Below, piece by piece: positions 19,943-32,900 of a DNA stretch of 64,000 bases. The position numbers and the translations under genes are program-made. Every line of letters begins with the position of its first letter. Within the stretch, counting starts at the first letter, position 1. A model generated the notes under the pieces. The model was not told the DNA's origin and did not search any database. It worked only from the letters and a program-made list of their open reading frames with translations. The stretch is from Cyanophora paradoxa CCMP329 (taxonomy: Eukaryota; Plantae; Glaucophyta): contig QPMI01000226.1 in assembly GCA_004431415.1 (NCBI GenBank), positions 1 through 64,000 of the forward strand. The letters are read 5' to 3'.

Positions 19943-22282
19943 ATGCAGCGGGAAGAGCTGCGCGATGAGGTCTTCCAGGCCGCGGCGTCGGTGGACCAGG
20001 CCGAGGGCATCGCAACGTTACTACGCCGCATTCAGGCGGCTTGCGCAGAGACTGGCGCGGACATAGACGGGCTGCTCTATGCGGCTACCTGCTCGGCCGT
20101 TGCGACCGGCGACCTGTCCTTCGCAACAGCCCTGATCGGCGACTTGGGTGTCGGCTTCAGCGAGCGATCTCGGCCGTTCGGGGCGCCGTCCCTTCTAGCA
20201 TGCGCCGTGGAGAGCGGCTCGATCACAATGGTCGAGAACATTCTGGCACGCAGCAGAGACAGGCAGCAGGGGCTTGACGAAGCACTACTTGCGGCGGCCG
20301 AGAGGGGTGGTCCCGCGCTTCCAATCACGAAGTGCGCCCATCCCGCGATTGAGCACTTGCGCCGCTCTCATTGATGGCTTCGGCAGGCTGCTCCTCTCGC
20401 GGGGTGCCTCAGCGTGGTACGTCTGCATGCTCCGACTTTCTGTGGTGTCGCCCCTCTCGCTCATGGGGGCGGGGCAGGCCGGAAACGTCGCGTGAGTGCG
20501 CGCGGAGGACGCCGCTGATGGCGGCCTGCGAAAAGGACTGCCCGGAGGCTGCGCGTCTGCTGCTCGAGACCCGCTCAGGCCTCGAGCGGTGCGCACCGCC
20601 GTTCGCCCTCGCACCAGGGGCCCCGCGCCGACACGCCGGAGCAGGCGGCAGTACGCGTCAGCGCGAACGCGGGATGGGGACTGCGCGCTGGCGTGCGCGG
20701 CCCGGGCGGGGAGCGTGGCGTGCGTGAAGCTGCTGCTGGAGGTCGGGTGCGGGGCGGGCCAGCCGCTGGGCCCGGCGCGGGAGCCGCTGCTCGCGTACGG
20801 GGCGCGGCACGGGCGGGAGGACCTCGTGCGGTACCTCGTGTACAACGGAGCGGCGCTCGAGGGGGCCCCTGCGGTCGCCGCGGCGCTCGGGGGCCACCAC
20901 CGGGTCGCCCTCTTCCTGCTGGAGAAGGGCGCGGCGGTGGAGGCGCGCGACGCCGCCGGCGTCTCCGTGCGCGCCGCGCTGAAGCGGAGCGGCGTCGTGG
21001 ACCTCATCCGCCACATCCACCGCGCCTGCAAGGCCGCCGGCCCCGCCTCCCCCGCCCCGCCCCGCGACGACGAGGAGGACGCCGAGGTCGCCGCCGCCCT
21101 CGCCGCCCCGGCCTCCCGAGCCCGCCCCGCCGCCCTCCCCGCCGCCCATACTCCACAGCTCCCGCCGCCCGCCCCTGCCCCTCCCTCCCTAGCGCCCGGT
21201 TGTCCCCCGCACCAGCCCGGCCCAGTCGCCCGCCGCCCCCGCCCGGCCCAAGTCGCCCGCCCTCGCTATTTCCCCCCGGAGCACGCGCCGCGGCCTCAGG
21301 TGCATGCCGCAGCGAGCCACACGCCGCCGCCACCCCTCCTCCCCCACCTCCTCCAGCCCACGTCGCCCCGCGCGACGCGCCCGTCGCGGCGCCCGCCGCG
21401 CCTCTCGCCGCGCCGCCGCGGCCTCGGCCGGCGAGCGCGCCTGGCGCAGCCTGTGCCTCTCGGGACGGCTCCTCGGGGGCGCCCGACCTCACTCGGAGTC
21501 TCATGGAGGAGATCCGGAGCGCCGCGGGCAGCCCGCGCCCGGAGCGCCGTCCGCGCTCTCCGTCGCCGGTCGTGGCTCCCGTGGCGCTGGCGGCGATGCG
21601 GCGCCCGGCTCCGCCGCCGATCGAGGTGCCCGGGGGGCAGGCGGCGGCCCCCGGGGAGTCTTCGAGCTTCTCGGAGAGGCGGGCCTTCATCGGGTCCCAC
21701 TTCCAGGCGGTGCGGGGCCCGCTAAGCTCCGAGCGCGGGGGCCCGGCGGGGCCGGCGGCGTCGCACGCCCGCGTCCAGCAGCTCGGCGCGAGCCTCGTGC
21801 GGCGCCTCTCCTCCGCCGCCTTCCACGTCGAGCCCGAGGCCGCGCGCGAGCCGGCCTCCCCGCGCCCCGCTGCGCCGCCCTCCCCCGCGCCGGGCCCCTC
21901 CCCACCGGACGACGTGGCTGAGGAGGCCGCGAGCCCCGTCACCCCAAGGACCTTCTCGGTGATGGCCGGTCGCCGTAAGGTGCGCCGGCCCGGCCCGCCC
22001 CTCTCCAGCGAGCGGCCATAGCGCGCGGTCGACCCGGTGCGCGCCACGGCGCATCGCAGAGCCTGGCGGGGGCAGTGGAGACCCCGCTGGTCGCCTCCCT
22101 CATGGGTCCCAGGCGATCCCCCGCACGGATCCACGCCCAAGAGGGTCCGCTACGCCCCGCGCATGCTGCTTTCCGAGCCCCCTCACCCTCTCGCGGCCCG
22201 TGCAGAGATGCACCTTCCCCCGCCCCCACGCTCGCTGTGCACTCGCCGAGCGCGGCCGGACGAGGACGACGATGAGTACTAG
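19943..22282 (+). CDS. Ankyrin-repeat protein with Pro-rich tail, multi-exon
   Basis: LLACAVESGSITMVENIL, TPLMAACEKD, ALACAARAGSVACVKLLL, AAALGGHHRVALFLLEKGAAVEARD; ends PDEDDDEY*. Confidence 0.8.
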
Positions 22283-22438
22283 CCTAGTAGCCTAGTAGTA
22301 CTTGCTCAAACATGTACACCGCGCGCGCACACACGATCGATCGCGACGTCGACTTGCAAATATTGAAATTGAAATTAATTAACGCCGCCGGGCCGCAGCG
22401 CTGCCAGGCTGGGAGTCGATCAATTGCCAAGCTTTTAA

Positions 22439-23448
22439 TTGGAAACGGGGTAGGGCCCCCGTTTCCTGTCACTTACAAAATGACGGTCCTGCTCATCTCC
22501 CGATCCAGCTCCGAGCTCTTAACCGAGTGTTAGTGCATGCATGAGAGCCCGGAATTCGTTGTCAGAACCCGGAAAGAGCGGAATGCTGCGCGGAAAAAAG
22601 GACCGGATCCATTCACGGATTTTCCCTTGCAGCGCCTGATCCTGTGATCGTATAGGGGCCGGACCAAGTGCATAAGAAAGCTCTTGCGATGCTCGGCAGA
22701 GCTTGTCATACATGCTAGTGCTCGGAAAGCAGCGCGTGGCGCGCTAGGCCGCACCAAGTACCTGTTGTACCGAACTCGAAAAAAAGAGCTCCTGCGAGTT
22801 GGAGGCGATATCGTGTTGCAGTACCCGTACTTCAAGTCGGCGAGCTAGCCGACAGGCTCGCTAGCTGGCCAGCGTAGCTAGGTGAGCTCCGGCGCCGGCT
22901 AGCGGCTTGCAGGACTTGGGCGCGCGCCGCGGCGCTGGCGCCGCCCCGGGCCAGCTGCATGCAGCCTGCAGGCGCGCGGTACGGTTGCCGGCGCTGGCCG
23001 CCTCAGGCCGGCCGCTGATCATGATCATGAGCCACTGTGATGACAGCTGCAGGCTACACGTGCCACGGTGCAGCTGCATGCGCATGCGCACATGCGCATG
23101 CGCTATCCTATAGCTAGTATACGTATGCACGCGCCGGCGCGCGGCAGCCGCATGCCGCAGTGCGCCTCCGGGCCTCGGCGCCGGCGCATGCATGAGGTGA
23201 TCATGAGCTAGCGCTCCGGCGCGCGGATCCGCACTGCGGCAGCTGCGCATGCCGATGGCCATGGCGAGCTCGAGCTGATGCGCGCGCGCATGCGCAGCTG
23301 CAGCTGCCGCAGTGCAGCTGCCGATGACGAGATAGCGCTCGCCGAGTCGACTCGGCGAGCACCCAGCTAGCTCGACCTACCCCGTTTCCAACCGGCGGCC
23401 GGCCCAGTCAGAGGCTCAGAGCCCGAGCAGAGGCCGCCGCGTGCTAGT
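22439..23448 (+). mobile_element. Non-autonomous element with asymmetric 16-bp inverted repeats (Helitron2/Helentron-like), copy 1
   Basis: TTGGAAACGGGGTAGG at 22439 and its reverse complement at 23376-23391; homology to copy 2 continues ~57 bp further to CTAGT; no TSD. Confidence 0.7.
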
Positions 23449-23957
23449 TGAAGTTGTTGTTTACTAAGTTAACAGTGTGCACTGAAACGATGCGCCGCTT
23501 GGCGGCGCCCTCCGCGCATGCCATTGCGCATAAACGTACGCATATGCATACGGCTCTGTGCACGCGTACGTGAGCGCTGGGCCGGGCAGGGATCCCCGGA
23601 GTCGATCGATCAGTTTCAAGGAAGCGCCGGGGGGTACGTGCATTCATTTGTTTGACGCCAGGCTGGCACTCGAGGAAGCTAAAGCTATCTAGCCTGAGCT
23701 CGAGCTAAGCGCTACAGCGCGAGCGCAGTACAGCCGTTGAGTTAGTATAGCTGCTAAGCTAACGTTGGTCTGGATCGCAACCGGGGCGACCTCGGTGTCG
23801 GAGCTCCTGGTGGGATCGACGTGCTTGCACTATCATCGAGCAGGTAGTCCGTCGTCGAGCTCAGGTAGTCTTTACAGCAGAGAGCGCAGAGCTTCGGTGT
23901 CCGCCAGTTGAAGCTGGCTAAGGGACAGCGGCCGGCAAGCGGCTCCGGGCCGGCCAA

Positions 23958-26900
23958 ATGGACCTGGCAAGCAGGAGAGCGCCGCGGCTGATTCCGAGCG
24001 CATTCGCGGGTGCACATGCGAGGACGCGGCGAAGTTGCCCGCGGCTGGTGTCTAGCCATATCGCTCGACTGCTGGTCCCCGTGGTGTTGTGGCTTTGCTT
24101 ATCGAGAGCACATGCTTGGTGCGTCCGGGCGTGTGCAAGCTTTTCGATCGGGGAGCGCCACGCGCGCTACCGCTGTTCGGAGCCTGCAAATCTGACGGTC
24201 ACTTGCGGCAGGATCACCGTCAGCGGGAGCAGAAACCTCACAATACAGGTGCTTAGCCCGCGCGCGTTGTGTCTCGCCAGGCGCAGCTCACTTTCCTGCT
24301 CGTTCCACAGGAGGACACTTTTGTCGGTCAGCTATTGCCCTTCTTTCTCCAGTCTGCATATGCTCACATTTTGCGAAGGATACTGGGACGGCGCCGATAC
24401 TCGCAGCCTCTATGTAACAGGAGATGTTGTCGTGGGGAGGGGCAGCAGCGGCAATGTGAATGTCAGGGTGCGCTAATCGTTGTTTTCCCTCGCCTTCCAC
24501 ACTTTTAATCATTTTCTTTCCTGTTCCCTGACTTTGCTTTCTTTGCAGGGCAACATTGCTGTATGTTCCTTGTATTCCTTTTGTTCATCGTTTGCTAATC
24601 CTCTCTTAGGTTGCCGGGTCAGTCTCGCTGTCAACAATCGTCGCGAATGCAGGGGCCGCTGCGGTGTCGTTGAACGCCGACGTTACGGTCTCGGGGCGCT
24701 TGACGGCGCAGTCGGGAACGTTTGGTGTGCTCAGCGTCAACGGGAGCACCGTATCGTCAACATCCGGCCCTCTCACCCTTCAATCCGCCGACCAAGTTGT
24801 GATCCGAAGCGCGCCTACGATTGGGAACATCACGCTCTCAGCGGGCAGCTCAGTCGTCGTCCAGAGCCCGCTGGTCGTCACTGCAGGTGCCGCTGGCCCG
24901 CGATGTCCGCGTCGCGCGTCTATCTCACCATGCATGCAGAAACCTCACTGATGGCTCATGCAACTTTCGGCGGGACTGCCTCCTTCGCGGGGCTCGTGAG
25001 CCTTAACGGAGGAGCTACGGTCGCTGGCACGTGGACAGTGTCCGGTAACCTCGGCGCTGGTTCGGCCACGTTTGCGGGCCTTGTCAACGCTACCGCTGGG
25101 ATTACTGCCTACGGCGCCACCACGCTCTTTGGGCCGCTCTCCGGATCCAGCGCGACGTTTTCAAGCCCTGTCGTGTTCAACGCCGGAGTTTCGATATTAA
25201 CGGGCGCAACTGTGTCCGGCCAAGTCAACACAACATCCGGTATCAACGTTGGCGGTCCCGGGGCGGCACCACTGTTCTCCGTTGACGCGGCGGGCAACAC
25301 GATCGTTCGGGGCAGCCTCACTGTTGACGGCGCGTTCAAAGCAGGCTTTGGCTCCTTCTTCGACCAGACTCAGGCGATCCTGAACGGCTCACATGTCGCT
25401 GGTCTGGTAGTGGCATCGACCTACGGAAGTCTATCTCTTCAGCCAGGCAATGGCCAGCTCGTCACGACAGCGACTTCCCTACAAAGCTCGAGTCCTTCGG
25501 GGTTCTCCATCGATAACGCCGTGTCTGTCTCCTTCACGACCAGTGGAACGATCAATCTCGCAGCGGCCTCCATACTTGCACACTCCCCATCCACATTCCT
25601 GGGCTCCGTCAATGCGAGCGCCAGTCTCACAGTCGGTGGCGGCGCGACGCTCTCGGGGCCTGTGGTGGCGATGGCGGGCGTGTCGGCAACGGGCCAGGTG
25701 AACGCGACGCAGGGGCTGAACGTGGGCGGACCGGACACGGCGCCGCTCTTCTCGGTGGACCCGGCGGGCAACACCGTGGTCCGGGGCAGCCTGACCGTGG
25801 ACGGCGCGTTCAAGGCCGGCATGGCGTCCTTCTTTGACGAGTCGAAGCCGCTGCTCAACGCGACGAGCCCCCAGGGCCTGTCGATCACGACGATGGTGGG
25901 GTCGCTGGAGCTGAAGCCGAGCTCGGGGGAGGTCTTGACAACGGCGGCGCTGCTGACGTCGACGAACCCGGCGGGCCTCAAGGTGTCGAACGCCGCGGGC
26001 GTCGTGGTGGACACGAACGGGACGGCGGCCGTGTCGGCGCTGGGCGCGGTGTCGGTGAAGGGCGCATCGGTGTCGGTGGCGGGGCCGGCGACGTTCAGCG
26101 ACCCGGCAAACTTCAGCTCCAGCCTGACCGTCGGGGGCGGGGCGACGCTCTCGGGGCCTGTGGTGGCGATGGCGGGCGTGTCGGCAACGGGCCAGGTGAA
26201 CGCGACGCAGGGGCTGAACGTGGGCGGACCGGGCACGGCGCCGCTCTTCTCGGTGGACCCGGCGGGCAACACCGTGGTCCGGGGCAGCCTGACCGTGGAC
26301 GGCGCGTTCAAGGCCGGCATGGCGTCCTTCTTTGACGAGTCGAAGCCGCTGCTCAACGCGACGAGCCCCCAGGGCCTGTCGATCACGACGATGGCGGGGT
26401 CGCTGGAGCTGAAGCCGAGCTCGGGGGAGGTCTTGACAACGGCGGCGCTGCTGACGTCGACGAACCCGGCGGGCCTCAAGGTGTCGAACGCCGCGGGCGT
26501 CGTGGTGGACACGAACGGGACGGCGGCCGTGTCGGCGCTGGGCGCGGTGTCGGTGAAGGGCGCATCGGTGTCGGTGGCGGGGCCGGCGACGTTCAGCGAC
26601 CCGGCAAACTTCAGCTCCAGCCTGACCGTCGGGGGCGGGGCGACGCTCTCGGGGCCTGTGGTGGCGATGGCGGGCGTGTCGGCAACGGGCCAGGTGAACG
26701 CGACGCAGGGGCTGAACGTGGGCGGACCGGGCGCGGCGCCGCTCTTCTCGGTGGACCCGGCGGGCAACACCGTGGTCCGGGGCAGCCTGACCGTGGATGG
26801 CGCGTTCAAGGCCGGCATGGCGTCCTTCTTTGACGAGTCGAAGCCGCTGCTCAACGCGACGAGCCCCCAGGGCCTGTCGATCACGACGATGGCGGGGTCG

Positions 26901-29900
26901 CTGGAGCTGAAGCCGAGCTCGGGGGAGGTCTTGACAACGGCGGCGCTGCTGACGTCGACGAACCCGGCGGGCCTCAAGGTGTCGAACGCCGCGGGCGTCG
27001 TGGTGGACACGAACGGGACGGCGGCCGTGTCGGCGCTGGGCGCGGTGTCGGTGAAGGGCGCATCGGTGTCGGTGGCGGGGCCGGCGACGTTCAGCGACCC
27101 GGCAAACTTCAGCTCCAGCCTGACCGTCGGGGGCGGCGCGACGCTCTCGGGGCCTGTCGTAGCGATGGCGGGCGTTTCGGCAACGGGCCAGGTGAACGCG
27201 ACGCAGGGGCTGAACGTGGGCGGGCCGGGCGCGGCGCCGCTCTTCTCGGTGGACCCGGCGGGCAACACCGTGGTCCGGGGCAGCCTGACCGTGGACGGCG
27301 CGTTCAAGGCCGGCATGGCGTCCTTCTTTGACGAGTCGAAGCCGCTGCTCAACGCGACGAGCCCCCAGGGCCTGTCGATCACGACGATGGCGGGGTCGCT
27401 GGAGCTGAAGCCGAGCTCGGGGGAGGTCTTGACAACGGCGGCGCTGCTGACGTCGACGAACCCGGCGGGCCTCAAGGTGTCGAACGCCGCGGGCGTCGTA
27501 GTGGACACGAACGGGACGGCGGCCGTGTCGGCACTGGGCGCGGTGTCGGTGAAGGGCGCATCGGTGTCGGTGGCGGGGCCGGCGACGTTCAGCGACCCGG
27601 CAAACTTCAGCTCCAGCCTGACCGTCGGGGGCAGCGCGACGCTCTCGGGGCCTGTCGTAGCGATGGTGGGCGTGTCGGCGACGGGCCAGGTGAACGCGAC
27701 GCAGGGGCTGAACGTGGGCGGGCCGGGCGCGGCGCCGCTCTTCTCGGTGGACCCGGCGGGCAACACCGTGGTCCGGGGCAGCCTGATCGTGGACGGCGCG
27801 TTCAAGGCCGGCATGGCGTCCTTCTTTGACGAGTCGAAGCCGCTGCTCAACGCGACGAGCCCCCAGGGCCTGTCGATCACGACGATGGCGGGGTCGCTGG
27901 AGCTGAAGCCGAGCTCGGGGGAGGTCTTGACAACGGCGGCGCTGCTGACGTCGACGAACCCGGCGGGCCTCAAGGTGTCGAACGCTGCGGGCGTCGTGGT
28001 GGACACGAACGGGACGGCGGCCGTGTCGGCGCTGGGCGCGGTGTCGGTGAAGGGCGCATCGGTGTCGGTGGCGGGGCCGGCGACGTTCAGCGACCCGGCA
28101 AACTTCAGCTCCAGCCTGACCGTCGGGGGCGGGGCGACGCTCTCGGGGCCTGTCGTAGCGATGGCGGGCGTGTCGGCGACGGGCCAGGTGAACGCGACGC
28201 AGGGGCTGAACGTGGGCGGGCCGAGCACGGCGCCGCTCTTCTCGGTGGACCCGGCGGGCAACGCTGCCGTTGGTGGAACGCTCTCTGTCAAAGGTGGTTT
28301 CGTTGGCGCAATGTCTTTCACGGACGCCCTTGTGGTGCGTAAAACGATGCTTGCGTGAAATGATGCTTCTTTTGTCGTGTTTTCGGCTAACGGGGACGTT
28401 TCTGCAGGCCCCGGGGGTGAAGGCTCCAGCGAATTTGGATATCAATGCTCCAAACGGCTCCGTGTCCTTGGCATCTTCCTCTTCATCTGGAAGCCCGAAT
28501 GCTGTCACGATCGTGGGCGGGACCATTCACCTAGTTGGAGATGTTTCCGTGTCACGGCTCTCAAGCGGAGGCGGTGGCAGCTTCACTGGCGAAGTGAACA
28601 CCACGACGGGCATCAACGTGGGCGGGCCGGGCGCGGCGCCGCTCTTCTCGGTGGACCCGGCGGGCAACACCGTGGTCCGGGGCAGCCTGATCGTGGACGG
28701 CGCGTTCAAGGCCGGCATGGCGTCCTTCTTTGACGAGTCGAAGCCGCTGCTCAACGCGACGAGCCCCCAGGGCCTGTCGATCACGACGATGGCGGGGTCG
28801 CTGGAGCTGAAGCCGAGCTCGGGGGAGGTCTTGACAACGGCGGCGCTGCTGACGTCGACGAACCCGGCGGGCCTCAAGGTGTCGAACGCCGCGGGCGTCG
28901 TAGTGGACACGAACGGGACGGCGGCCGTGTCGGCGCTGGGCGCGGTGTCGGTGAAGGGCGCATCGGTGTCGGTGGCGGGGCCGGCGACGTTCAGCGACCC
29001 GGCAAACTTCAGCTCCAGCCTGACCGTCGGGGGCGGCGCGACGCTCTCGGGGCCTGTCGTAGCGATGGCGGGCGTGTCGGCGACGGGCCAGGTGAACGCG
29101 ACGCAGGGGCTGAACGTGGGCGGGCCGGGCGCGGCGCCGCTCTTCTCGGTGGACCCGGCGGGCAACACCGTGGTCCGGGGCAGCCTGATCGTGGACGGCG
29201 CGTTCAAGGCCGGCATGGCGTCCTTCTTTGACGAGTCGAAGCCGCTGCTCAACGCGACGAGCCCCCAGGGCCTGTCGATCACGACGATGGCGGGGTCGCT
29301 GGAGCTGAAGCCGAGCTCGGGGGAGGTCTTGACAACGGCGGCGCTGCTGACGTCGACGAACCCGGCGGGCCTCAAGGTGTCGAACGCCGCGGGCGTCGTG
29401 GTGGACACGAACGGGACGGCGGCCGTGTCGGCGCTGGGCGCGGTGTCGGTGAAGGGCGCATCGGTGTCGGTGGCGGGGCCGGCGACGTTCAGCGACCCGG
29501 CAAACTTCAGCTCCAGCCTGACCGTCGGGGGCGGGGCGACGCTCTCGGGGCCTGTCGTAGCGATGGCGGGCGTGTCGGCAACGGGCCAGGTGAACGCGAC
29601 GCAGGGGCTGAACGTGGGCAGGCCGGGCGCGGCGCCGCTCTTCTCGGTGGACCCGGCGGGCAACGCTGCCGTTGGTGGAACGCTCTCTGTCAAAGGTGGT
29701 TTCGTTGGCGCAATGTCTTTCACGGACGCCCTTGTGGTGCGTAAAACGATGCTTGCGTGAAATGATGCTTCTTTTGTCGTGTTTTCGGCTAACGGGGACG
29801 TTTCTGCAGGCCCCGGGGGTGAAGGCTCCAGCGAATTTGGATATCAATGCTCCAAACGGCTCCGTGTCCTTGGCATCTTCCTCTTCATCTGGAAGCCCGA

Positions 29901-32900
29901 ATGCTGTCACGATCGTGGGCGGGACCATTCACCTAGTTGGAGATGTTTCCGTGTCACGGCTCTCAAGCGGAGGCGGTGGCAGCTTCACTGGCGAAGTGAA
30001 CACCACGACGGGCATCAACGTGGGCGGGCCTGGCGCGGCGCCGCTCTTCTCGGTGGACCCGGCGGGCAACACCGTGGTCCGGGGCAGCCTGATCGTGGAC
30101 GGCGCGTTCAAGGCCGGCATGGCGTCCTTCTTTGACGAGTCGAAGCCGCTGCTCAACGCGACGAGCCCCCAGGGCCTGTCGATCACGACGATGGCGGGGT
30201 CGCTGGAGCTGAAGCCGAGCTCGGGGGAGGTCTTGACAACGGCGGCGCTGCTGACGTCGACGAACCCGGCGGGCCTCAAGGTGTCGAACGCTGCGGGCGT
30301 CGTGGTGGACACGAACGGGACGGCGGCCGTGTCGGCGCTGGGCGCGGTGTCGGTGAAGGGCGCATCGGTGTCGGTGGCGGGGCCGGCGACGTTCAGCGAC
30401 CCGGCAAACTTCAGCGCTGGCGTAACTATTCTGGGCGGGTCGACATTCGCGGGTCATCTCGCTGTGATGGCGGACGTGTCGGCTACGGGCCAGGTGAATG
30501 CGACGCAGGGGCTGAACGTAGGCGGGCCGGGCGCGGCGCCCGTGTTTTCTGTCGATGCCATGGGGAAGGTGTCGGCTGCATCCGTCTCAGTTGCAGCAGA
30601 CATGATGGTGCATTCCGCGTTTCAATTCGCCCTAACTTCTTTCTTTCATTGAATGCATCAATCTTACGCTCTTTGTGCAGGTTTCCTCTATCGTCACCTC
30701 AAGTGTAAAATCGAGCGCCACTTCCAACCTGGCGTTAAGCGCTCCCAATGGCTCCGTCTCTCTCTCATCGGCGGCATCGGCCCTTCCAAGTTCAGTGTCT
30801 ATTTCAAGTTCATCTATCAATCTGAATGGAGCTGTATACCTGGCGTCCCTGTCAGCAAGCACTAGTGGATTCTTTGCCGGTGAAGTGAACACCACGACGG
30901 GCATCAACGTGGGCGGGCCGGGCGCGGCGCCGCTCTTCTCGGTGGACCCGGCGGGCAACACCGTGGTCCGGGGCAGCCTGATCGTGGACGGCGCGTTCAA
31001 GGCCGGCATGGCGTCCTTCTTTGACGAGTCGAAGCCGCTGCTCAACGCGACGAGCCCCCAGGGCCTGTCGATCACGACGATGGCGGGGTCGCTGGAGCTG
31101 AAGCCGAGCTCGGGGGAGGTCTTGACAACGGCGGCGCTGCTGACGTCGACGAACCCGGCGGGCCTCAAGGTGTCGAACGCCGCGGGCGTCGTAGTGGACA
31201 CGAACGGGACGGCGGCCGTGTCGGCGCTGGGCGCGGTGTCGGTGAAGGGCGCATCGGTGTCGGTGGCGGGGCCGGCGACGTTCAGCGACCCGGCAAACTT
31301 CAGCTCCAGCCTGACCGTCGGGGGCGGGGCGACACTCTCGGGGCCTGTCGTAGCGATGGCGGGCGTGTCGGCGACGGGCCAGGTGAACGCAACGCAGGGG
31401 CTGAACGTGGGCGGGCCGGGCGCGGCGCCGCTCTTCTCGGTGGACCCGGCGGGTAACGCTGCCGTTGGTGGGACGCTCTCTGTCAAAGGTGGTTTCGTCG
31501 GCCCCATGACCTTCTCTGATCCGGTTTCGGTGTGCTCTTTGTCTGCGTGCATTACAACACAGCGCTCGCTCACTTTATTATGCAGGCTCCGGGAGTGAAG
31601 GCGCCGTCAGACCTCGCTCTAACGGCCCCGAACGGGAGCGTGACGGTGGCGTCGTCGCCAGTCGCGGCCGGCAGCAGCGTGGCTACGATATCGGCTTCGT
31701 CAGTCGTCCTCTCCGGTGCGGTTTCCGTCAACTCTCTCTCCAGTATGGGGGATGTGGCGACTGTTGGCTACGTCAACGCGTCTTTGGGGCTCGTTGTTGG
31801 CGCTTCGGGAGCACCGCCCGCATTCTCAGTTGACGCGGGCGGCAAGACCGCCGTGTCTGCTCTGTTCTCTGCCTCTGACGTAACGGTGGGCTCCCCGTGC
31901 TCTCCTCGCCCCATCCGATCCAATGTGATGCGCGCAGGCACAAACTCTCGTCGCGTCAATGTTGAAGGCGCCCGGAGCTTCGAACCTCGCCATGTCCGCG
32001 AATGGATCCGTGTCGTTGGCGTCTTCATCCGGTGCAAACTCGATTGTGCTCAACGGCGCCTCCATCACCCTCGCCGGCGCCGTCTCTGCCAGCAGCATCT
32101 CAAGCCCGGGTGCGGCATCGTTCGGCGGGCTCGTCAACATGTCCCAGGGCCTCAACGTCGGCGCCCCGGGCGCCCCGCCGGTCTTCTCCGTGGACCCGGC
32201 CGGCAACACTGTTGTGGGGGGTTCACTTGCTGTGAAGGGCGGTTTTGCTGGCCCCATGTCTTTTTCCGATCCAGTTGTGGTTCGCCACTCGTTAGCCTCG
32301 AGTACCGTGATCTCCTTTGCTGACTCCTTCGTTTGCTCAGGCTCCCGGTATCAAGGCTCCCGCCAACCTCGACCTGAATGCACCGAACGGGACGATTTCC
32401 CTTGTAACCTCGCCGTCTGCTGTCGCCACGAATGTCGTGACCATTGCAGCCTCGGCCATCGACCTTCTGGGAGCTGTCTCCGTCAATAGGCTGAACAGCG
32501 CAGGCGGCGCATCTTTTGGCGGTGAGGTCAATGCCTCCCAGATAAACGTCGGTCCTCCGGGGGCGCCGCCGGTCTTTTCCGTAGACACCAGCGGCAAGCT
32601 CGCTATTGCAAGTGTAGTCGCTGCCGGCGATGTGATGGTGAGTCCGACGCAGGCAGCTGCATTCGCAGGCAGCTGATCGCTCTCCACAGGCACAAGCAGT
32701 TGTCGCACCAGCCGTCATGGCGCCGGGGGCTGCCAACCTGGCGCTCAGTGCAAACGGATCAGTGTCCCTCTCTTCTTCCGCCTCCGCCGCCGCAAACAAT
32801 ATAGTTATGGCCAGCTCCTCCATCACTCTTGCTGGGCCGGTCTCTGTCAACAGCCTGAACAGTCCCGGTGAGGCGTCGTTCGGTGGGCTGGTCAACATGT

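Noticed and set aside
22470-22840. Transposase or HUH Rep remnant inside the repeated element
   Set aside because: No recognisable DDE, HUH or helicase motif in any frame of either copy; frames are not conserved intact.
25439-29928. Very long minus-strand ORFs (960, 1015, 398, 455 aa)
   Set aside because: Antisense shadows of the GC-rich repeat exons; splice signals and codon bias support the plus strand only.
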